In this document: piece after piece, positions 56,376-62,719 of the stretch | Layout of the letters: each line of letters opens with the position of its first letter | How positions within the stretch are numbered: position 1 is the stretch's first letter | Sequence record: MH791411.1 | Length of the DNA stretch: 64,000 bases | Strand: one strand, 5' to 3' | DNA from: Escherichia phage Ecwhy_1 | Notes under the pieces: generated by a model | The model's input: only the letters and a program-made list of their open reading frames with translations | Told to the model about the DNA's origin: nothing | Database searches by the model: none | Made by a program: the position numbers and the translations under genes

Positions 56376-56415
56376 AGCACCTCATTAATGTTTATATACA
56401 TTATTTAGAGGTGCT
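56376..56415 (-). promoter_or_regulatory. Hairpin that pairs the neck-gene SD, with a TAAATA late motif (56402-56407) in its loop
   Basis: Minus strand agcacctc-TAAATAatgtatataaacattaat-GAGGTGCT-ttttttATG. The 3' arm is the Shine-Dalgarno sequence, and the 5' arm lies upstream of the putative late start site. Confidence 0.5.
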
Positions 56416-56420
56416 AATAG

Positions 56421-56639
56421 TTATTTGGAATTATACAAGCAATACAAGTATACCATAGGAGCAAAATGTTCGGTATCAACTAAGTATATTAACTGGGTGT
56501 CATATATACCGTACAAATCTCGAAATTTATCTCTGTACAGCAACAATGACTTATTGTTGTGTGGGTCAACCCAGTACTTTAAGTCATTGTAGTGCAACGT
56601 GTTATTACGGTAACCTGATAATATTTGTTTTTTAGCCAA
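56421..56639 (-). CDS. Hypothetical protein (72 aa)
   Basis: Overlaps the upstream gene by 8 nt. No motif recognised. Confidence 0.55.
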   Translation of the reverse strand: MAKKQILSGYRNNTLHYNDLKYWVDPHNNKSLLLYRDKFRDLYGIYDTQLIYLVDTEHFAPMVYLYCLYNSK

Positions 56640-57009
56640 CTTTTTTACAATTACTTAGTAAATGCATGATGGCATCAGCGGTAAATGGTCCCAGTACTAA
56701 AACTTCTTCTCCATTACCGAAGATACTCAATGGTACAGATTGTTGTCCTGCTAGATATTCGATTTGTTCTAATTCGAAAATGTCATCAGCAGCATAAACA
56801 ACCTGTTCCATTTCATTATCTTTAATCCATGACTGCCAATGTTCTTTAAACTGCTTCGCTTCGTATTCCAGTACATAGTTAGGTGATTCTGGATTGTACT
56901 GATGTAGCATTGTCATACCAGCCATAACCAGTTCTTTTGGTGATGGAGTAGAATCTTTCAGTACTACGATAGCTTGGATAGTTTTAACTTTAACGTTTTG
57001 AGCAGCCAT
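56632..57009 (-). CDS. Hypothetical protein (125 aa) with weak PTH2/DUF2000-fold resemblance
   Basis: The spacing of AIVVLKD...W..W....EQVVYAADDIFELEQIEYLA....VPLSIF...EEVLVLGPFTADAIMHLLSNCKKV mimics peptidyl-tRNA hydrolase 2. The catalytic DAGxT-type residues are not evident. Confidence 0.45.
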   Translation of the reverse strand: MAAQNVKVKTIQAIVVLKDSTPSPKELVMAGMTMLHQYNPESPNYVLEYEAKQFKEHWQSWIKDNEMEQVVYAADDIFELEQIEYLAGQQSVPLSIFGNGEEVLVLGPFTADAIMHLLSNCKKVG

Positions 57010-57021
57010 TAGATACCTCTA

Positions 57022-57330
57022 TTATAGAATGATTTTGTTATCAGGAACAATCAGTGCTGGTTTTTCTTCGATAGCCTTGATTGCTTCAACATAAGCTTCA
57101 ACTAGTGCAGGGTTTGCATCGCTGATGCTAATGATGTTGGATTTATAAAAAATAACGCCTTTTTCAGAACTAATGAATTCTAGATAATCACGTAGAATGA
57201 TTTCACCTTGTTCGTCAGTACCTAGCTGTGCTGGGTAGTTAACTACTACTGCTTCTGGTGCATCATTTTGTAGAATTGCTAGTACTGGGCCAACGCTGTT
57301 GATGTTTAGTAGTTTAACGGTCATAGTCAT
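57022..57330 (-). CDS. Hypothetical protein (~102 aa)
   Basis: Track start 57339 is TTG. ATG 57330 is preceded by aAAGGActtgacaaaa. Confidence 0.6.
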   Translation of the reverse strand: MTMTVKLLNINSVGPVLAILQNDAPEAVVVNYPAQLGTDEQGEIILRDYLEFISSEKGVIFYKSNIISISDANPALVEAYVEAIKAIEEKPALIVPDNKIIL

Positions 57331-57349
57331 TTTTGTCAAGTCCTTTTGT

Positions 57350-57829
57350 TTATTTTAGAATGTATAAGTGTTTTTCTGCATTAACCAGTCTGTGGTCAAT
57401 GATTTCTTTGATAACGTTCCAGTTACCACCGCCTAAATCGGCTCCAATTTTCGGGAAGTGTACATGGATCTCTTGTGGTTCATTTTTAATGAATTCATTC
57501 ATCGAGTTAAATGCAAGGTCAATCGCATCATAACTTACATACTTCTTACCATCATTACCATAATACTCTTGTGTAATGCAGTTTGCAATAATTAAGTTAT
57601 TATTTGGTGCTGCATAGACAACTTCACCCAATTTCAAACCATTCTGATTGGTATAACGTGTATGATACACATCATATGCCAATTGGTGACGCTTTCTTAA
57701 TTCTTTTGCAAAACCAGAACCCATCTTACCCTGAGCGTTACAACCATGAGCGATAATATGTAATGCAGTTTGATCAGTAGTAACAGTACTGAATAAATCA
57801 AACAGATTACCACAATGTTCATGTATCAT
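57350..57829 (-). CDS. Macro-domain protein (ADP-ribose / Appr-1''-p binding or hydrolase)
   Basis: LHIIAHGCNAQGKMGSGFAKELRKRH is the N-terminal macro signature (h.NC.G.MG.GIA). 159 aa is a single macro-domain size. RBS cGGAGaatataATG. Confidence 0.8.
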   Translation of the reverse strand: MIHEHCGNLFDLFSTVTTDQTALHIIAHGCNAQGKMGSGFAKELRKRHQLAYDVYHTRYTNQNGLKLGEVVYAAPNNNLIIANCITQEYYGNDGKKYVSYDAIDLAFNSMNEFIKNEPQEIHVHFPKIGADLGGGNWNVIKEIIDHRLVNAEKHLYILK

Positions 57830-57840
57830 TATATTCTCCG

Positions 57841-57870
57841 AAAAGAAAGGACTCTGTAATCAGAGTCCTT
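57841..57870 (-). terminator. Rho-independent terminator upstream of the macro gene
   Basis: Minus strand aaggactctg-atta-cagagtcctt followed by tcTTTTcgg. Confidence 0.7.
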
Positions 57871-57880
57871 AATTTATATT

Positions 57881-58123
57881 TTATTCTTCTTCACCGAATC
57901 GAATTTTTTTCAATTCTTTTCGTTGTTTGCGAGCAATGGTACTTTTGTGAAGTCTATTACCACGTTTTGTGTCTTTCGTAATGTACCATGAATCTTCTGG
58001 TGCATTATAATCACAATAACCATCTTCTGTAATCGTCCCTAAGAAAGCAGACTTTTTAGGAATGGATGTTTGAGCTTTAGCAGCGAATTGGCCTTTTGCT
58101 AATTGTTCACGAAAACTGAGCAT
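57881..58123 (-). CDS. Basic hypothetical protein (~80 aa)
   Basis: Track start 58138 is TTG. ATG 58123 (MLSFREQ) follows GGGAGAtactatt. Lys/Arg-rich C-terminus (KSTIARKQRKELKKIRF). Confidence 0.55.
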   Translation of the reverse strand: MLSFREQLAKGQFAAKAQTSIPKKSAFLGTITEDGYCDYNAPEDSWYITKDTKRGNRLHKSTIARKQRKELKKIRFGEEE

Positions 58124-58168
58124 AATAGTATCTCCCAAATTGTTACGAAGAACTTGTGTTCTTCATTA

Positions 58169-58411
58169 TTATTTAGGGTTGCTCGAAACCTCTACTGAAG
58201 CGATGAATGCCAAAATATCATCTTTACTGAAAGCTTCAATAATATAAGCAACCGCTTTATCGTACTGTTCTTTCTTAGTAGTGTATTCTTTCATTTTGTG
58301 AATTTTACGTTGTGCTTTAACTTTTGCAGCTTCCATATCAGGCATTTTAAATTCAACACCCAATGTGTCAGCTAAATGTTTTGCACGAGATGATACTTTA
58401 TCAATATTCAT
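58169..58411 (-). CDS. Hypothetical protein (80 aa)
   Basis: Start overlaps the glutaredoxin stop (TAATG-type junction). Helical, Lys-rich. Confidence 0.55.
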   Translation of the reverse strand: MNIDKVSSRAKHLADTLGVEFKMPDMEAAKVKAQRKIHKMKEYTTKKEQYDKAVAYIIEAFSKDDILAFIASVEVSSNPK

Positions 58412-58659
58412 TAATTCCAGCGACCTTCTTTAAGACCTTCAACGAAACCAGTACAGCCACCTGGAACGTAAACATCGTTTACGAAAATTTGTGGAACCTG
58501 TCGTACTGGCTCACCACATAGTTCAGATAGTTTAGCACCATCAATACCAGCGGTAACAATATCGATAAACTCCATATCAAATTTGTTATTTTCACATACT
58601 GCTTTAGCAGTGTCGCAGAATTTACAACCAGTAGTGCGACCATAAATTTTAACTTTCAT
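58411..58659 (-). CDS. Glutaredoxin (Grx1 / T4 NrdC-like)
   Basis: KIYGRTTGCKFCDTAK (CxxC) and VPQIFVNDVYVPGG parallel E. coli Grx1 FGRSGCPYCVRAK and VPQIFIDQQHIGG (recalled). Confidence 0.8.
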   Translation of the reverse strand: MKVKIYGRTTGCKFCDTAKAVCENNKFDMEFIDIVTAGIDGAKLSELCGEPVRQVPQIFVNDVYVPGGCTGFVEGLKEGRWN

Positions 58660-59062
58660 TTCTTTTCCCTTTATTTCGTTGAAACATTGTAACAGCCTTT
58701 ATTATACTGTTACACATTCGTTCAGTCAAATACTTTTGACAATCTAGTACATCAATGTACATGAACTTATCCAATTCTGGGTGACTTCTACCATATCTGT
58801 TTGTGTAAGTACTTTTACACTCCAACTCTTCTGGTATAGGCTTATCTTTGGCTGTATAGAAAAATAAAACTAAACGTTTCCCCTTTCTATACGATACATC
58901 ACCAAGAAACAGAAGATCATCTTCATCGATTTCATATCCTGTCTCTTCGTAGCATTCACGTACAGCAGCCTCTTTAAATGTTTCTGTACCTTCAGTTTTA
59001 CCTTTAGGTAAGTCCCAGTGATTCTGTCCGTGTTGTATGCCCGATAAGTATCTGACCATCAC
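58649..59062 (-). CDS. Nudix hydrolase (second copy in window)
   Basis: Nudix box PKGKTEGTETFKEAAVRECYEETGYEI. GTG/ATG start with no SD, very close to an extended -10 element. Confidence 0.8.
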   Translation of the reverse strand: MMVRYLSGIQHGQNHWDLPKGKTEGTETFKEAAVRECYEETGYEIDEDDLLFLGDVSYRKGKRLVLFFYTAKDKPIPEELECKSTYTNRYGRSHPELDKFMYIDVLDCQKYLTERMCNSIIKAVTMFQRNKGKRNES

Positions 59063-59070
59063 GATAAAAT

Positions 59071-59079
59071 ATTATACCA
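59071..59079 (-). promoter_or_regulatory. Extended -10 promoter (TGgTATAAT) immediately upstream of Nudix 2
   Basis: Minus strand gctgTGgTATAATattttatcGTGATG. The -10 ends only 8-11 nt from the candidate start codons, so the mRNA may be leaderless or short-leadered. Confidence 0.35.
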
Positions 59080-59135
59080 CAGCTATAACGCATAATCTTA
59101 TCTCTTTATCATCAAGTGATGTTCAGATACTAGTA

Positions 59136-59163
59136 ATTATATCAGAAGATGTTAACTTGTCCC
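59136..59163 (-). promoter_or_regulatory. sigma70-type promoter downstream of cca
   Basis: Minus strand GGGACA-agttaacatcttctga-TATAAT (16-nt spacer, TGa extended -10). Same -35 variant as promoter 40125-40152. Confidence 0.5.
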
Positions 59164-59168
59164 AGCTT

Positions 59169-60284
59169 TTAGAACATTTGCTTGATTGCTTCAATACGCA
59201 ATTCAGCAACAAAATCACGAATCTCCGATGTTTGGAGTTCACCATCTTTCACTAACTGCTGAATATCAGGTAATTCAACATCAGTATAACGATCATAAAC
59301 TTTAATAATCAAATCTTCAAGTTCAGAATCAATTTCTTTGTTCAAAATGAAGTTTTCCAGTACTTTGTAAAGGAAATCTTCACCACCATTGTTTTTGATA
59401 TTCATATCCAGTAAGATTTGTCCCATTTCAACTGGGGTCTTCTTACGGAAGGTTTTAATATCTTCACGGAAACGCTTGATGTAATTACTAAACTTAACGT
59501 ACTTAACTGGAACCTTAATGGAACCGTTAAGTACTGAATCATTATTTACTTCTTCATTTTCAAGAAGTACTGTCCATAAGAAATATGGTTTATATTCTTC
59601 TGTACAATTTGCAGCGATAGAATCAATTAATTCCAGACGTTTCTTGGTAACTGGAACTGTAGTAAATGCCTTTTCGTAATAACCAAATTGTACCAGAGTT
59701 TTGATAAACTTGGAAGGGTTTTCTTCAGAAAGTGCTTTTTCGAATTCAACAAAAACACGATCTGGAACTAGATGGTCTAGTTCACCAGTACTAACCATAT
59801 CTTTACACATTGTCATAGTATCATCATGGATTGTAAAGTCGGAGTAACGCGTAGCGAAACGGGCCAAACGTAGAACACGCAATGGATCTTCTTTAAAGTG
59901 TTCTGATACATGACGAAGTACTTTGTTCTTGATATCAGCTTTCCCGCCATAAGGGTCGATGTGAATCTGGAGTACTGGATCATATGCAATACTATTGATT
60001 GTGAGATCACGACGATATAGATCTTGTTCTAGTGTCACACCTTTTGTATTCACTTCGAAGCCACCATATCCAGTACCAGTTTTACGCTCAGTACGGGCTA
60101 ATGCGTGTTCATTACCTTCTGGACTTAGATATACAGGGAAATCCTTACCTACTTGCTTGTATCCAATACTTTGCAAGTATTTAATATCGGATTCGGTAGC
60201 ACCGACAATAACATAATCTTTGTCTTTTGCACGGATACCCATTAAACGGTCACGAACGTAGCCACCAACCAAATACTTTTTCAT
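59169..60284 (-). CDS. cca: tRNA nucleotidyltransferase (CCA-adding enzyme, class II, no HD domain)
   Basis: LVGGYVRDRLMGIRAKDKDYVIVG (GGxVRD...DxD), RRDLTINSIAYD, DPLRVLRLARFATRY. 371 aa. Confidence 0.9.
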   Translation of the reverse strand: MKKYLVGGYVRDRLMGIRAKDKDYVIVGATESDIKYLQSIGYKQVGKDFPVYLSPEGNEHALARTERKTGTGYGGFEVNTKGVTLEQDLYRRDLTINSIAYDPVLQIHIDPYGGKADIKNKVLRHVSEHFKEDPLRVLRLARFATRYSDFTIHDDTMTMCKDMVSTGELDHLVPDRVFVEFEKALSEENPSKFIKTLVQFGYYEKAFTTVPVTKKRLELIDSIAANCTEEYKPYFLWTVLLENEEVNNDSVLNGSIKVPVKYVKFSNYIKRFREDIKTFRKKTPVEMGQILLDMNIKNNGGEDFLYKVLENFILNKEIDSELEDLIIKVYDRYTDVELPDIQQLVKDGELQTSEIRDFVAELRIEAIKQMF

Positions 60285-60285
60285 A

Positions 60286-60408
60286 TCATTCCCCCATCAA
60301 CCAATCACGTAGACGTTCCCAGAAGCCTTTTGGCTGATATTCTGGATATTCATATTCATCTGTTCCTTGCTCGGAAACACCCCAATCTTCTTCTAATACT
60401 GTAATCAC
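60286..60408 (-). CDS. Unannotated acidic micro-ORF A (40 aa), paralog of micro-ORF B
   Basis: GGAGGcattGTG start. Peptide (M)ITVLEEDWGVSEQGTDEYEYPEYQPKGFWERLRDWLMGE*. The stop lies 1 nt before the cca ATG. About 60% identical to the peptide at 61418-61543, with substitutions that preserve the frame. Confidence 0.55.
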   Translation of the reverse strand: MITVLEEDWGVSEQGTDEYEYPEYQPKGFWERLRDWLMGE

Positions 60409-60419
60409 AATGCCTCCAA

Positions 60420-60857
60420 TTAAATTAATCTATCACGTAGACGGTCGTAATATTTTGCATGTATATCTAGTATACACTGAAATGATGGATAGTCAATACT
60501 AAATGTATCATCAATGAACATGTACTGAAGAAGTGTTTCTGGTCCATTATCAACAACTGGTAATGTCCCTTCTTTTTTTGATAGGGTGTGCCACATCAAC
60601 TCACTTTCAATATGGTGAGTTGCGTATGTCAATTCAATCTTACTTTTTCGTAGTAAAATTAACAATTCATCATTGTCATCGAGTGCATTACGAAATTTAA
60701 TACGAACTGTACCCTGGAAATTATTAGTGTACATAACACGATGATGATTGTATGAAATTAAACCACGTCTTTCAGTACTGATTTCATGTTCAGCAAAGTA
60801 CTTTAACGTTTCATTAAATTTTGGAATTTTACTTGCGTCCACCAATGTAATCCTCAT
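60420..60857 (-). CDS. Small paralog-family protein (member 4)
   Basis: C-terminal LLQYMFIDDTFSIDYPSF matches YLQYQFIDDTFGFDFELY of ORF 60829. The N-terminus MRITLVD matches MRTFNID and MRNTLIK if started at ATG 60857 (track start 60863). Confidence 0.65.
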   Translation of the reverse strand: MRITLVDASKIPKFNETLKYFAEHEISTERRGLISYNHHRVMYTNNFQGTVRIKFRNALDDNDELLILLRKSKIELTYATHHIESELMWHTLSKKEGTLPVVDNGPETLLQYMFIDDTFSIDYPSFQCILDIHAKYYDRLRDRLI

Positions 60858-61236
60858 ATACATGATATACGTTCATTATACTATTATATAGTTCAAAGTC
60901 AAATCCAAATGTGTCATCAATGAACTGGTATTGCAGATATTCTTCATATGAAGCATCAATTGGTAATGATCCAGCACGAATATCATCTGATTTAAAATCG
61001 TCAATGTATCTTAATGTTATGTCTTCATCAACAGTAATATCTATCATCAACGTATCGTCACTGTACCAAAGGTTATGTATACGGATGTAAAGTTTCTTAG
61101 CACGATTAAAACTAGATACATTGGTATTGCGATGGAGTTTATCTAAGTTGAAGTAAAAACCAGGCTCGTTTTTACTTATGTTTTTCATATGTTCTGCAAT
61201 CGAATCAATTATATAATCAATGTTGAATGTTCTCAT
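60829..61236 (-). CDS. Small paralog-family protein (member 3)
   Basis: Track start 61242 is TTG. ATG 61236 overlaps the upstream stop (ATGA). See paralog motifs above. Confidence 0.65.
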   Translation of the reverse strand: MRTFNIDYIIDSIAEHMKNISKNEPGFYFNLDKLHRNTNVSSFNRAKKLYIRIHNLWYSDDTLMIDITVDEDITLRYIDDFKSDDIRAGSLPIDASYEEYLQYQFIDDTFGFDFELYNSIMNVYHVYEDYIGGRK

Positions 61237-61418
61237 AAACAAATCTCATAGCGGTTTGTGTTTGGATTGTAGCAATAGGTATCATTAATTTTAACACCAG
61301 GTTTAAGTGTTATTGTTGTTCCTACTTCAGTACTGGGTTCTGCATCACAATAAATCATCACACCAACGCCACAGATTAAAGCTAAGATACAAATAATAGC
61401 ACATATTGTATATTCCAT
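61233..61418 (-). CDS. Small membrane protein (61 aa)
   Basis: MEYTICAIICILALICGVGVMIYC is one hydrophobic helix, followed by a Cys-containing soluble tail. ATG 61418 overlaps the micro-ORF B stop (TGATG); the track start 61436 lies inside micro-ORF B. Confidence 0.55.
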   Translation of the reverse strand: MEYTICAIICILALICGVGVMIYCDAEPSTEVGTTITLKPGVKINDTYCYNPNTNRYEICL

Positions 61419-61543
61419 CACTCCCCCATCAGCCAATCAAAGAGACGTTCCAAGAAGCCATTAGGCTTGTATTCTGGTTCTTTGTTCACGTCGGTTTCTT
61501 GTTCATAAACACCCAAATCTTCTTCAAGTATAATTGTATTCAT
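61418..61543 (-). CDS. Unannotated acidic micro-ORF B (41 aa), paralog of micro-ORF A
   Basis: The ATG overlaps the upstream stop (TAATG). Peptide MNTIILEEDLGVYEQETDVNKEPEYKPNGFLERLFDWLMGE*. The stop overlaps the next ATG (TGATG). Confidence 0.6.
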   Translation of the reverse strand: MNTIILEEDLGVYEQETDVNKEPEYKPNGFLERLFDWLMGE

Positions 61544-61914
61544 TATATATTATACTCTATTATACCATCATCACTTTCACCAGACAACCACTTAATGTAA
61601 TTTACTTTGTAGAAATTAATCAATGCATAAGTGCTGTACTCAATCAACAAGTGATCTCTCAAGAATTCGTCTTGAGCATATCCATCTTCATCCAAATCTG
61701 TTGGAATATCAGTTTCTTTGTCTTGAATGTGTAAAGTTATTGTGTCTTTTGTTATACAAATTGTTATATGATTACAAATAGTAATGATGATTATGCTATA
61801 TGTTCTATTGAAATATATTGTGAAATCTTCATTAATATTATATCTTCGACTTTCTTCATATTTCTGATATGGGTCGAAATGTGATAAATTAACTTTAATT
61901 AATGTATTTCTCAA
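61543..61914 (-). CDS. Small paralog-family protein (member 2, divergent)
   Basis: Probable TTG start at 61914 after GAGGTGtaag, giving (M)RNTLIKVN. The C-terminal DEFLRDHLLIEYSTYALINFY weakly matches the family motif. Confidence 0.5.
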   Translation of the reverse strand: MRNTLIKVNLSHFDPYQKYEESRRYNINEDFTIYFNRTYSIIIITICNHITICITKDTITLHIQDKETDIPTDLDEDGYAQDEFLRDHLLIEYSTYALINFYKVNYIKWLSGESDDGIIEYNI

Positions 61915-61926
61915 CTTACACCTCAA

Positions 61927-62307
61927 TCATATAAAGTAATTATACATTTTATTGTACAATATAAAAAGGTCTTTAACATTATCATAAGTAATATCAGATA
62001 CATCATGAATTAATGATAACTGGAAAAATGATGCTTCGTCTATCTCTACTGGGATTATAACATCATAGTCTTCGTCAATTTTATGGGTGTAGTATTTTAT
62101 GTGATCAGCATTCAACACAAGGTTGTATTTTGTATCATCTTCAATTAATCCGACAAATTGAGATTTTTGATTAATAAAAAATCCAATCCCAACACAACGG
62201 TTATCTGGATATGGATAGTACCATCTATTAATAACTAGGTGTTCAGGTAAGTCCATATCATGTGTTGATATTAAAGATTTTACAATTCCCATCCAGGAAT
62301 AATTCAT
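61927..62307 (-). CDS. Small paralog-family protein (member 1, divergent)
   Basis: The C-terminal EASFFQLSLIHDVSDITYDNV follows the pattern of ..LQY.FIDDTF..D. RBS tatGGAGttttaattATG. Confidence 0.55.
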   Translation of the reverse strand: MNYSWMGIVKSLISTHDMDLPEHLVINRWYYPYPDNRCVGIGFFINQKSQFVGLIEDDTKYNLVLNADHIKYYTHKIDEDYDVIIPVEIDEASFFQLSLIHDVSDITYDNVKDLFILYNKMYNYFI

Positions 62308-62320
62308 AATTAAAACTCCA

Positions 62321-62352
62321 TAAGAAAAGGGACAGAATAATCTCTGTCCCTT
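62321..62352 (-). terminator. Rho-independent terminator after hpf
   Basis: Minus strand aagggacag-agattatt-ctgtccctt followed by TTcTTat. Confidence 0.65.
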
Positions 62353-62353
62353 T

Positions 62354-62382
62354 ATTATATCTTACTCTTCGTCTTCAGTCAA
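62354..62382 (-). promoter_or_regulatory. sigma70-type promoter straddling the hpf stop codon
   Basis: Minus strand TTGACT-gaagacgaagagtaaga-TATAAT (17-nt spacer). The predicted start site falls inside the 5' arm of the terminator hairpin. Confidence 0.55.
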
Positions 62383-62694
62383 GTCTTCTTGAACTGGATG
62401 TTCGGGGTGGTTACGGCGATGCAATTTGATGCTTTTGTCTTTACCTAAGACAGTTTCCATTTTTTCAAATGAATCACCAATTGCTTTGTATAAATCTGCA
62501 TCATCGGCGGTGACAATCTTACCACCTGATGTTAAAGTTACGGAATATTGATTCTTATGCTCTTTCTTCACATGAACACCGATATAAAGTACTGAAGAAT
62601 CACTAAACTTCGTTAGTGCATTTGCTTCTGCATGAATCGCGTCATTGATTGCTGGAGTAATATCAACATTACCTTGGATAACTAAATCTAGCAT
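62362..62694 (-). CDS. hpf: Ribosome-associated inhibitor / hibernation factor (short HPF-RaiA/YfiA family)
   Basis: 110 aa. VDITPAINDAIHAEANALTKF and DADLYKAIGDSFEKMETVLGK parallel recalled E. coli YfiA [21 protein letters not shown] and [21 protein letters not shown]. The acidic C-terminal tail QEDLTEDEE resembles the YfiA EEVEEE tail. Confidence 0.8.
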   Translation of the reverse strand: MLDLVIQGNVDITPAINDAIHAEANALTKFSDSSVLYIGVHVKKEHKNQYSVTLTSGGKIVTADDADLYKAIGDSFEKMETVLGKDKSIKLHRRNHPEHPVQEDLTEDEE

Positions 62695-62719
62695 AATTTA
62701 CCTACCTTTTTTTTTAGTT

